From IMG/VR virus record IMGVR_UViG_3300028840_004786: a DNA stretch of 64,000 nucleotides, one strand, 5' to 3'. The notes below the pieces were generated by a model that was not told where the DNA came from, made no database searches, and was given only the letters and a program-made list of their open reading frames with translations. The translations under genes were made by a program, and so were the position numbers. This document shows positions 27,317 through 35,973 of the stretch, in pieces (the first letter of the stretch is position 1; the number at the start of each line of letters is the position of its first letter). This DNA comes from a virus.

Positions 27317-27889
27317 TCACCACCTCATAAAAAGTTTTTTCTGTCTCCAAATATGATAAACATAAAGTCCGGGCATCCTGTAATGCCTATAACCAGCCCG
27401 ATTAAGAGCTTGGCTATATTTATTATCTACACCGAGAAGTCTTTTCCTATTTTCATCAAACCCACCGCTTTTTCTCCATGCAGTTTTGTTAGTTAAAATC
27501 CAGAAACCCGACATTGCTCCTTTACATCTTTCAACTTTACTGCCGTACTCTTCGTAAAGTTTTCTTGCAAAAGAGAAATGGTCTTCAAGATTATTTGACT
27601 TTGGTGCATCTTTTGCTTTTTGTGCTGGGTTCCCTATTCTGTTTGTAACAGCCGATATCCAGCCGACAGGTTCACCCTTGAGTTGTTGAACAGCCGAACA
27701 GCACATTGTATACCAATGCTTATTAACAAGAAACAAGTCATGATCAATAAACAGAACCCATTCCGTTGTCGCTCTTTCCATTGCTCTATTATAAGCGCAT
27801 GCAAGCTGACCATTCAAGTCATATGGTATCTGTACTTGAATTGGTTCACGAATTGAAGAAACAGAATAAAATTTGTTGTAATTTTCCAT
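27317..27889 (-). CDS. glycosyltransferase family 2-like (GT-A)
   Basis: LACAYNRAMERATTEWVLFIDHDLFL matches the GT2 pattern (..A.N.g...a..e.i.flD.D). Confidence 0.6.
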   Translation of the reverse strand: MENYNKFYSVSSIREPIQVQIPYDLNGQLACAYNRAMERATTEWVLFIDHDLFLVNKHWYTMCCSAVQQLKGEPVGWISAVTNRIGNPAQKAKDAPKSNNLEDHFSFARKLYEEYGSKVERCKGAMSGFWILTNKTAWRKSGGFDENRKRLLGVDNKYSQALNRAGYRHYRMPGLYVYHIWRQKKLFMRW

Positions 27890-27891
27890 CC

Positions 27892-28575
27892 TTATCTCCT
27901 TTCAATATGTGAACTATCCTTAATTGGATAGTTTAAAAATTCCGACAGGCGTTTGCAAGTTCTTCCAGTTCTGCCGAGAAGATCATCCCTGAAATCAACC
28001 TGAAGAATTTTTAGTCTATTATAATAACCAACATAATAAAGGTAGTAATGACTCTTTCCATAATACTTCATAGACAATTCAACAAAGTGGTCTTTGTACT
28101 TTTCTTGATTACCCCTCTTTCTCATTGAATGCGCAATATCATCCGCATTTCTTCTCATCCAAATGATTCTCAAATCATTTAATAAATTAAGCTCTTTGAT
28201 AACTTCCATCCAAGGATAAAGAGTCAAAGAAGTTCTTGGGTCTTTCCAGCCCCAATTTTTAAATTCCGAGTTATATTCAATAATAAGTCCACGCATAATT
28301 TCGAGAACTTTATTATCTGCTTCACTTCCGTTCAATGGGTATATCATTGGTATTGCTGGAGAAAATGATTTAACTCTATAACCGTGCATTTTAAGAATCC
28401 TATCATTTATTCTTCTGAAACGGACATTCTCCCAAAATCCTTTTGGATTTTCTTTTATCGGTGGGGGATAGAATTCCTTTTTCTCTTCTCGACCCATAAC
28501 AATACCATTTTTATGTAAAAGCCCAGACATCGCCGATGTCCCGCTTCTGTGCATCCCAAGAACTACGACTATCAT
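27892..28575 (-). CDS. sulfotransferase-family protein
   Basis: N-terminal VVLGMHRSGTSAMSGLL (PAPS 5'-phosphosulfate-binding loop-like) followed by NPKGFWEN, as in bacterial sulfotransferase-family proteins. Confidence 0.55.
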   Translation of the reverse strand: MIVVVLGMHRSGTSAMSGLLHKNGIVMGREEKKEFYPPPIKENPKGFWENVRFRRINDRILKMHGYRVKSFSPAIPMIYPLNGSEADNKVLEIMRGLIIEYNSEFKNWGWKDPRTSLTLYPWMEVIKELNLLNDLRIIWMRRNADDIAHSMRKRGNQEKYKDHFVELSMKYYGKSHYYLYYVGYYNRLKILQVDFRDDLLGRTGRTCKRLSEFLNYPIKDSSHIERR

Positions 28576-29120
28576 AATAACTCCCGCGTAATTTTAGTTA
28601 TATGCCATATCGGGCCAGTAATTTTAACCCGATCACCAAACTTCTCATCTACTGCTTCAATGACACCATAACTTGGTTTATTAGTATAATCATCACCACA
28701 AAAAAGGCCATTCACTTTTAGTTTCGGCCACCAAACTTCAATATCTCGTTTAACGAATTCATAACCATGATTAGCGTCAATAAATATAAAGTCAAATTCA
28801 TAATCAGAAAATAACTCAGCCGCATCCTCACTTTTCATTTGTAAAGTTATTACTCGTTCACCAAAAGATTTTATATTTTCATCAAATCTTCTTCTTACTT
28901 TATTCCAATCAGCGTTATATATCTTTCCTTTCTTATTTGGTGAATGCGATTTAAATTCTTCATTATCTTCCCAAATATCCACGCAAACCAAACCCTTAAG
29001 AAGTGGAAATGATTCTAATAAAACTTTGGAGGTATCACCTTCAAATACACCAATCTCAGCCCCATTATGGTGCGATCTATTCTCCAACAGCCTTTTTAAT
29101 ATCTTGCCGTTCCTCGACAT
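28572..29120 (-). CDS. class I SAM-dependent (O-)methyltransferase, Methyltransf_24/TylF-like
   Basis: Contains GAEIGVFEGDTS (motif I) and FDFIFIDANHGYEFVKRDIEVWWPKLKVNGLFCGDDY. Start at 29120 (GGGAGG upstream) or 29135. Confidence 0.6.
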   Translation of the reverse strand: MSRNGKILKRLLENRSHHNGAEIGVFEGDTSKVLLESFPLLKGLVCVDIWEDNEEFKSHSPNKKGKIYNADWNKVRRRFDENIKSFGERVITLQMKSEDAAELFSDYEFDFIFIDANHGYEFVKRDIEVWWPKLKVNGLFCGDDYTNKPSYGVIEAVDEKFGDRVKITGPIWHITKITRELL

Positions 29121-30315
29121 CTTGCCTCCCTTCAAAATCAGGCTTAATATCTTTTCTCCAAGTACTCGTAGTCAATATTTTATCCATAATGATTGAATCT
29201 TTATATGGAATAATTGATTCCATAATTGAAGAAAGTTCCTTTTCATCTACAAGAATTGGATTAAGCCCTAATTCCAAAAATTTTTTATTATCCAGCGAAA
29301 GAATATTTTCTGCCATTTCTAATCTTGGATTCTTATAATATCTTATCTCCGTTCCGTTTATAGAAGATACTCTTTCGGCAAGTTGTTTCAAGTTCAATTG
29401 CTCTGTTGTTTGATTAAATATCTTTACTCCTTCACCCTTTTCAGGTGGGTTATTAACTGCTTTATCTATGCATCTTAAGGTGTCACGGATATGTATAAAA
29501 GCACGAGTCTGTCCACCAGTCCCATATACTGTAAGCGGATGACCTGCAATAGATTGAACCATAAACCGATTCAACACCGTTCCAAAATCACCATCATAGT
29601 CAAATCGATTTATAAGATCATTATGCATACTCGTTTCTTCAGTTTCAAGACCCCAAACAATCCCCTGATGCAAATCGGTTATACGAAGTAAATCATTTTT
29701 ACTGTAATATTGAAACATTATTCCATCAATTACTTTTGTCATATGATAAATACTTCCAGGCTGGGGCGGAAACATTATCTTCCTTGTTATCTCATTTTTA
29801 TTTCTATCCGCCATTACAGCATCAATGTAACCTTCTGGAATAAGAAAGTCTTCATTCCCACCATATCCATAAACTCCAGTAGAACCGAGGTGAATAAGAT
29901 GTGAATCAAGTCCAAGTGAAACAAGAGCACATAAAACATTGTGCGTTGAAAGAATATTATTGCGCACAGTATACAGCTTGTGAGCCGCATCTTTCATACT
30001 ATAAGGCGCAGCTCTTTGCTTTGCGAAGTGAATAATTATTTCGGGTTTTTCTTTTCTAAGAACATCCTTCAATCCATTATAATTTGAAGCGATATCTACA
30101 CGTTTGAAGGTGAAATTACTATGAGTCAAGCGACGCCACCTTTTAACCCTTTTTTCCATCGTCTGTATTGGTGTTAAACTCGGGCATTCAAGTTCGGCCT
30201 CAATCGTTCTTCGACTAAAATTATCCACGATGACGACAGTGTAGTCACGAGCGCTGAAATACAGGCTTGTAGGCCATCCACAATATCCGTCACCGCCAAG
30301 AACCATTATCTTCAT
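29077..30315 (-). CDS. sqdB: UDP-sulfoquinovose synthase (SQD1/SqdB/Agl3 family SDR)
   Basis: Collinear matches to remembered SQD1 motifs: VLGGDGYCGW, VDNFSRR, SLTPI, RW, HFAKQRAAPYSM, HLGSTGVYG, EGYI, YHMTKV, TDLHQGIVWGLETEET, NRFDYDGDFGTVLNRFMVQSIAGHPLTVYGTGGQTRAFIHIRDT and FNQTTEQ. Confidence 0.85.
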   Translation of the reverse strand: MKIMVLGGDGYCGWPTSLYFSARDYTVVIVDNFSRRTIEAELECPSLTPIQTMEKRVKRWRRLTHSNFTFKRVDIASNYNGLKDVLRKEKPEIIIHFAKQRAAPYSMKDAAHKLYTVRNNILSTHNVLCALVSLGLDSHLIHLGSTGVYGYGGNEDFLIPEGYIDAVMADRNKNEITRKIMFPPQPGSIYHMTKVIDGIMFQYYSKNDLLRITDLHQGIVWGLETEETSMHNDLINRFDYDGDFGTVLNRFMVQSIAGHPLTVYGTGGQTRAFIHIRDTLRCIDKAVNNPPEKGEGVKIFNQTTEQLNLKQLAERVSSINGTEIRYYKNPRLEMAENILSLDNKKFLELGLNPILVDEKELSSIMESIIPYKDSIIMDKILTTSTWRKDIKPDFEGRQDVEERQDIKKAVGE

Positions 30316-31133
30316 AATCCTGCCTCCTTTTTAAACTTTTCGACACAATCATCTTTTGCAAGTTTATGAACGTTTCCAGTCCAAATAATATCACCCTTCT
30401 TATTTCTTCCAGGCAATCCAAAAGACAAGGGTAATGTTCCATAATTTAGCTTTCGCTCAACCTCCTTAAAAGCAAGCCAACAGCTTGCTTGGCCATAACC
30501 AATAGGTCTTTCTAATGGCGGAACTTTATCAATGTAGTGAATCCATCGATCAAAGAAAAGTCGAACATCATTTGCTGGTTTAATCAAAATACAGTCAATT
30601 GTTATTCGGGCTTTTACTATATTATGTCCCGGACGAAGTTTCAAATAAATATTAACATCTTCCAACATTTTTGGAACCATGTCGAGTGGTTTCCTAAATA
30701 AGGTATCTATATCAAAATGGGCAATATATTCCAAATTAAATCCCGCCCACTTCGGTGACTCATTCTCCGGTATTTTCCAAGAGTACAATAACTTATTTAA
30801 CGATTTTACTCTATCATCACCAGCTATCATTAGCTTCCATACCTTATTTTTATTACTCACATACCTCCCCTCGCATTGTTTTTTAAACGTTTGAAGCTGT
30901 TTTAATGTTACCCCAGCCTTTAAAGCTAATCGTTTCATATTTAAAGGCTGGTTATTGATGTGAAGTAATTCTCGCGGATAACTGGAATACAATAATTCCA
31001 TATCTTCAAAAGATAAACTCCTACCCTCCAGCCAGACAGGTAAATAGTAAGGGGCTGATACCATGCGAAGACTTTTGAGAAATACTTCACCCATCTTAAC
31101 AAATCCGTTTGTTAAATAAGAATGTACTAACAC
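30312..31133 (-). CDS. hypothetical protein, possibly a nucleotide-sugar transferase (DxD-like FDIDT)
   Basis: 273-aa ORF inside the glycan cassette with an AHFDIDTLF motif. The functional call is weak. Confidence 0.3.
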   Translation of the reverse strand: MLVHSYLTNGFVKMGEVFLKSLRMVSAPYYLPVWLEGRSLSFEDMELLYSSYPRELLHINNQPLNMKRLALKAGVTLKQLQTFKKQCEGRYVSNKNKVWKLMIAGDDRVKSLNKLLYSWKIPENESPKWAGFNLEYIAHFDIDTLFRKPLDMVPKMLEDVNIYLKLRPGHNIVKARITIDCILIKPANDVRLFFDRWIHYIDKVPPLERPIGYGQASCWLAFKEVERKLNYGTLPLSFGLPGRNKKGDIIWTGNVHKLAKDDCVEKFKKEAGL

Positions 31134-32416
31134 TATTCCACCTCCTTTTCCACAGGCTGAAGTGGAACTGTGTTAGCAAGCCTTGATGCTTCTTCAAGAA
31201 GTGGTTTAAATTGAGTAAACCATATCCTTTCAAAGCTAAATGCCCAACGATGTCTAACATCAGGAAGTCGCGGAACTATTTCCCGCGATGCAAGTAAATC
31301 AAAATAGATATTTTCATCCGGATGATAGTTAACCATTTGAAAGTCACCAGTTTTTCCGTCTTCTCTTCCAGGAGTCTTGAAGCTAAAATCAACATAGATA
31401 GCCCTGTAATCTTTACGTGCTAATTCCTGTAAACAAGGCAAGTTCTTATTAAGGATAAGGAGATTATCCGTTATTTGAGCCTCCTGAAAAGCATTGCCAG
31501 TTGTCTCACGCCAGCTGGAGAAAACGAAGATATTTGATATCTTTAAAAGATCACGAATAACTTTTCTCGGCATCGGTTTATAAGTATCAATATCGTGCGT
31601 GAACATATAGTCTTCGTTTTCAATTAAGCCTTTACTTTCCATGAAAGCCTTTTTTTCTTTGATCTCCATCTGAACTTTTCTTGCATTCGCATTCGCGAAA
31701 ACAATTCCGACAGAAATTCCAATTCTTTTAAGTGCCGACATTACATTGATTACACCGTCTATTCCCTTCGCGTCCATGCGAGTACTACAATGGGGGAAGA
31801 TACAAACGGCTTCCTTATTCCATAATTGAAGGTTGTGAATAATCTTCACACTAAATGGATGCATATCAAAAAAGACACGTGGATCCTTTGGATTATGAAC
31901 GACCCTTATATTATCCATCGTTGTCTCGTACATTTGCTGAAGGTTCGGTGCCTCGGCCTCATTAAGATAGACAAGAAAACTTCTATCCATCATAGTATAA
32001 CGAAGTGATTCTGGATGACGAAGTGTTCCAGGTCTTTGTGTCCACGATGAATGAATCCAATGACACCACCATGCTTTGATCTCCTTTGCGGCATTTCTCA
32101 TTGCTTGGTTATAAGCAAGAAAGTTCCCTTTCCGTTGATAGATAAGATCGGCAGTCAACACAACATCAAAGTCATGAAGTAATTCAATATACTGTTCTGT
32201 AAATTGCTCAACCTTAAATTCAAACGGACGGCTTCCGGGGATTGTCTTCAGTATTGAATATTGGTTTGGATACAACCCGTCCGGACAATTTTTGGCAGTA
32301 AAAAAAGTGAAGTCAATTCCGAAGTACTTCATCATGACTGCACGTTCGTGCCATCCAACTGCAAGTGCATAGCTCGGGGCGAAACTTTGAAAATGTGATA
32401 AGATTGCTACCTTCAT
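31133..32416 (-). CDS. GT-B glycosyltransferase (GT4/GT1-like)
   Basis: 427 aa. VFSSWRETTGNAFQEAQITDNLLIL resembles the C-terminal E..G....EA motif of GT4 enzymes. It is the first gene of the cassette. Confidence 0.5.
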   Translation of the reverse strand: MKVAILSHFQSFAPSYALAVGWHERAVMMKYFGIDFTFFTAKNCPDGLYPNQYSILKTIPGSRPFEFKVEQFTEQYIELLHDFDVVLTADLIYQRKGNFLAYNQAMRNAAKEIKAWWCHWIHSSWTQRPGTLRHPESLRYTMMDRSFLVYLNEAEAPNLQQMYETTMDNIRVVHNPKDPRVFFDMHPFSVKIIHNLQLWNKEAVCIFPHCSTRMDAKGIDGVINVMSALKRIGISVGIVFANANARKVQMEIKEKKAFMESKGLIENEDYMFTHDIDTYKPMPRKVIRDLLKISNIFVFSSWRETTGNAFQEAQITDNLLILNKNLPCLQELARKDYRAIYVDFSFKTPGREDGKTGDFQMVNYHPDENIYFDLLASREIVPRLPDVRHRWAFSFERIWFTQFKPLLEEASRLANTVPLQPVEKEVE

Positions 32417-32487
32417 TTTTTTCTCCTTTCATCTTTTATAGTTACGGAACTTAATGAACCGTACAAAATAAAAACAAATGTTGAGTT

Positions 32488-32516
32488 ATTATAACACTTT
32501 AAATAAGTAATGACAA
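32488..32516 (-). promoter_or_regulatory. near-consensus sigma70-type promoter for the glycan cassette (TTGTCA-N17-TATAAT with TG extension)
   Basis: Minus-strand reading: TTGTCA (32516-32511), a 17-nt spacer, then TATAAT (32493-32488) preceded by TGT. It lies in the 107-nt gap upstream of 32416. Confidence 0.55.
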
Positions 32517-32523
32517 TACATCT

Positions 32524-34140
32524 TTAACTTGTGTTTAACGAACCACTTGCAATATACCAAGGAGGTTCCATTGGTGTTTCAGTCGTTCCAGTTGTAGTGG
32601 TTGCAGTCGTAGTGGTAGTGGTTGTAGTGGTTGTTTGGTAATCAGCTGGCGCTGGGGCATCATTAGTTAAACCAACACCAATAGAAAAGTAATCAACACT
32701 TGTCGCATCACCATTATAACTACCTAATCCAACATTACCGCTGACACCGGAATGAGCAGAATCTGTTACTTGAATCCCCCATGTTCCAGGTTCATCACTT
32801 GGTTGCCCTTGCCAAACTTTTGCTTTTAAATTATTTCCACGTACTTGAAACCGAACCCAATACCAATAGTTTTCAAAAGTTTTACTACCAGTCGCACCTA
32901 TTTGACTTGCTGAATTACTTACCCATTTATAAATTTTGAAATTATCATTACTTGGATATAATCTTAACTCATATGCATTTTTGTTACTATTACCACCTAC
33001 TTCACGAACAACTATTTTAAAATAATCCTGCCCAGCAATTGGATAAAGATCACCAAATTGAACTTTAGCAAGTATATCTACATTTTCTGCAACACCTATA
33101 TCATTCCATCTTGCATAATAGTGTCCATAAGTACTATGATCAATAAGAAGATATTTTCCACCATACTGGCCTCCATCATCTTTAACTGTTATACTTGAAA
33201 CAGGTGACTCCCATAATTCTGTCCAATCAGAGGGCGACTGATCAGCAGTATATTCATTAAAGTTAGTCCAGTAATCTTCTTCGGTTGTCGTAGATGTAGT
33301 TGTTCCAGTAATAGTTGTTGTGGTAAATGTAGTTGTAGTGGTTGTACTGGTTGTTGTAGTGGTTGTTATATAACCAGATGGAACAAGTATAGGCCAATCA
33401 TCTGAATTGCTTTCAGCAAGAAAATGATCACAGAAAGTATCCGCATTAAAAGTAATAACCCCAACTTCACCAGAAGAAGTAATTGGGGAGCCATCAGTAT
33501 AATCAATATCCCATGTTCCAGGTTCGGAATCTTGTTTTCCCCAAACACGAATTTTTATAACGGACCCTTGTGCACGAAGCCTCACCCAATACCAACGATC
33601 CGCTGTTATTGTTTTTGAAGCACTTGTCAGTCCAGTATTTACTCCATTATTATATCTTCGCAAAATAATATCATCATTGGCAACATCAAGATGTGCAACA
33701 TATCCGGTTTCACTACCTCCAGCACCGCTTATTCTGCACCCAACACCACCAGCCAGTGTAGCAAAAGAATTCTTTGCCTGGACGAGGGCAAGTACTTCAA
33801 TATCTTTCTTACTTATCACATCATTGATGACAGCCACTTTTGCATTACTGGATATATCAAGACTGAGACTTTTATCCTTACCGACAGCTTCAACAGTAGT
33901 ATCAACATTTACTGTATCCCAGCTTTCAGTCCAGCCAGATGGAGGACTACCAGTTCCCATCCCACTAAAATCTTCTTCCCATTCATGTGTAGTAGTGGTG
34001 GTCGTAGTGGTGGTCGTAGTGGTGGTCGTAGAAGAAGTCTGGAACTCAACCTGACCAAGAATTTGTGTAGCTTCCTGAAAAGGACCTTCCTCATACTCAA
34101 CCTGACCAAGAATTTGTGTAGCTTTTTGGATATCAGCCAT
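32524..34140 (-). CDS. fibre/decoration protein with two LamG/concanavalin-like modules separated by poly-Thr linkers
   Basis: N-terminal duplication ATQILGQVEYEEGPFQE/ATQILGQVEF. Three Thr tracts. Duplicated modules WTESWDT...WYWVRLRAQGSVIKIRVWGKQDSEPGTWDI and WTELWES...WYWVRFQVRGNNLKAKVWQGQPSDEPGTWGI. Confidence 0.55.
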   Translation of the reverse strand: MADIQKATQILGQVEYEEGPFQEATQILGQVEFQTSSTTTTTTTTTTTTTTHEWEEDFSGMGTGSPPSGWTESWDTVNVDTTVEAVGKDKSLSLDISSNAKVAVINDVISKKDIEVLALVQAKNSFATLAGGVGCRISGAGGSETGYVAHLDVANDDIILRRYNNGVNTGLTSASKTITADRWYWVRLRAQGSVIKIRVWGKQDSEPGTWDIDYTDGSPITSSGEVGVITFNADTFCDHFLAESNSDDWPILVPSGYITTTTTTSTTTTTTFTTTTITGTTTSTTTEEDYWTNFNEYTADQSPSDWTELWESPVSSITVKDDGGQYGGKYLLIDHSTYGHYYARWNDIGVAENVDILAKVQFGDLYPIAGQDYFKIVVREVGGNSNKNAYELRLYPSNDNFKIYKWVSNSASQIGATGSKTFENYWYWVRFQVRGNNLKAKVWQGQPSDEPGTWGIQVTDSAHSGVSGNVGLGSYNGDATSVDYFSIGVGLTNDAPAPADYQTTTTTTTTTTATTTTGTTETPMEPPWYIASGSLNTS

Positions 34141-34157
34141 TAATCAATCTTTTTATT

Positions 34158-35216
34158 TTAAGTAGTCGTTGTAGTTGTTGTGGTTGACGAAGTACTTGTC
34201 ATTTGAATTGCACGGGTTCCAATTTCAATCGCATTTATATCTGCCTCTTGCCAAGCCTCGGAATCATCGGGGTTTACAGCCCATATCTTTCTAAAATTTG
34301 CAACCGCAATTCCTGGAGTAAATCGCCCACTATAATAATTAGATCCATTTACTCTAATCGCCAACTTTTGTTTATTTGGGGCTGGGTCACCTTCGTATAG
34401 TAATCTTCCTTGAAGCTGTAACGCTTTTACTTTTCCAACATTTCCAGTCATATCAGCACAAGCGAATGTAGCTAATTCCCCCGGAACATTTGTTGATATA
34501 TAATCAGAATCACTATATGGTATTTCATCAACACACGCATATGGGTCTCCAGCACTTGCATCCCATTCACCAGTAGTTCCAGCCCCACTTATTTGAAGTT
34601 TTTGTATACGAGTATTTCCCGGCCATTCGCTATCATCAATGACTACATCATCAAACTCACTTTGATAGTTATCAACACCATTGGCGCCAATTCTTACCTT
34701 TTTAATATTCTCAAGTCCCGCCGTAGTATCCCCACTATAATCACATTCCAGTGGTGTCTGATTATCCAGCTTTACTTGAAATATTCCACCAGTATTTAAT
34801 GGTTTATAACGTACTTGAAGTAAATGAACAGTTCCAGGTGTAATTTCAGTTGCCCCAGTTTCAAGAATGGTTCCTGAATTTTGCGCCCCAAGCATAAGCC
34901 GAACATAAAAATATGTTGAGCCATCATAGTAAAAAAACAAAGAACCTATTGCAGTAAGTGCTGAATCATAAAAACATATGGTTCCGGGTCCATTTCCACT
35001 TCGAACTACCGGATAAATTTTTAATGCAACATATAATTCGCTATATGTTTGATCCAGTGTTATATCGCCATAAGCATATCCAGAATTAAATTTCATATCA
35101 TAGGCTCCACTGAATCCAGCCATAGCACCGGCATTTACTTGAAGGCCACTCTGGGAAGTAAATAATAGAGTATTTACATTCCCATGTTCACCGCCTTCTA
35201 TAAATATTCTTGCCAT
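34158..35216 (-). CDS. virion protein (jelly-roll-like) with C-terminal poly-Thr tail
   Basis: 352 aa, ending MTSTSSTTTTTTTT. Confidence 0.5.
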   Translation of the reverse strand: MARIFIEGGEHGNVNTLLFTSQSGLQVNAGAMAGFSGAYDMKFNSGYAYGDITLDQTYSELYVALKIYPVVRSGNGPGTICFYDSALTAIGSLFFYYDGSTYFYVRLMLGAQNSGTILETGATEITPGTVHLLQVRYKPLNTGGIFQVKLDNQTPLECDYSGDTTAGLENIKKVRIGANGVDNYQSEFDDVVIDDSEWPGNTRIQKLQISGAGTTGEWDASAGDPYACVDEIPYSDSDYISTNVPGELATFACADMTGNVGKVKALQLQGRLLYEGDPAPNKQKLAIRVNGSNYYSGRFTPGIAVANFRKIWAVNPDDSEAWQEADINAIEIGTRAIQMTSTSSTTTTTTTT

Positions 35217-35227
35217 CTTTAAACTCC

Positions 35228-35764
35228 TTACACCGTCGTTGTAGTGGTAGTGGTTGTAGTGGTTGTGGTGGTTGTAGTTGTCGAAGTACTCATACCTTCA
35301 GCATCTGGACGATACATAATAATATTCCAACTTATATCCTGTAAAACAGAATCAGCCGGATTTGGTGCATACAATTCAAGTAAATCGCCATTATAAAATG
35401 TCACATCTGACGATACAGTAAATGCACCAAAGTTGTGCCCAGGATTTGTTAATATTGTACCTATCGATGACCCATTTCTCTTTAGGGTAAAAGTCTTCGG
35501 CCCATCACCTGGAGGCGTTCCAATATACAATTTACTTCCCGGCGCATTAGCTTTTAAAACCATATAACGACCAATAACTGCCCTCATTATAAGGCCATTA
35601 CTATTCGGCGTATCTCCAAGATATTGACCGGAATAATCATAGTACTTTGGAAGATGAAGTGCTTTAATTGCAGCATCAAGCTCACCAAGTGGTGCACCCA
35701 TATCAGCTTCCTTAAATTCTGTTGTTCCATCAACATATGCTGTATGATAGAATTCACTCATCAC
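35228..35764 (-). CDS. small fibre-like protein with C-terminal poly-Thr tail
   Basis: 178 aa, ending STSTTTTTTTTTTTTTTTV. Confidence 0.5.
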   Translation of the reverse strand: MMSEFYHTAYVDGTTEFKEADMGAPLGELDAAIKALHLPKYYDYSGQYLGDTPNSNGLIMRAVIGRYMVLKANAPGSKLYIGTPPGDGPKTFTLKRNGSSIGTILTNPGHNFGAFTVSSDVTFYNGDLLELYAPNPADSVLQDISWNIIMYRPDAEGMSTSTTTTTTTTTTTTTTTTV

Positions 35765-35973
35765 GAACCTCCAAGTTTTTCTACAAAAGTCTCCAGCATA
35801 TCCTTAACCATCGGATTTTGTTTTATCACTGGGCTTTCGAGGATTGGATTTACTGCTTCTGAGAAATTGATTCTTTTCGAAGAAGGAAAATTATCAATTA
35901 TCAATTCCAAAAGTGAAGTAATGTAATCAAGCTTCTTGTCAATTTCCAAAAACTTTTCTTCAAAATTACTCAT
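35761..35973 (-). CDS. hypothetical protein
   Basis: 70-aa ORF overlapping both neighbours by 4 nt. Confidence 0.45.
   Translation of the reverse strand: MSNFEEKFLEIDKKLDYITSLLELIIDNFPSSKRINFSEAVNPILESPVIKQNPMVKDMLETFVEKLGGS

Noticed and set aside
33677-34143. Poly-Val/Arg-Gly ORFs on the plus strand (33677-34054, 33691-34143; similarly 44402-44671, 46799-47029 and 52602-52952)
   Set aside because: They are complements of the poly-Thr coding tracts (ACN read as NGT). They lie inside well-supported minus-strand genes and have no SD.
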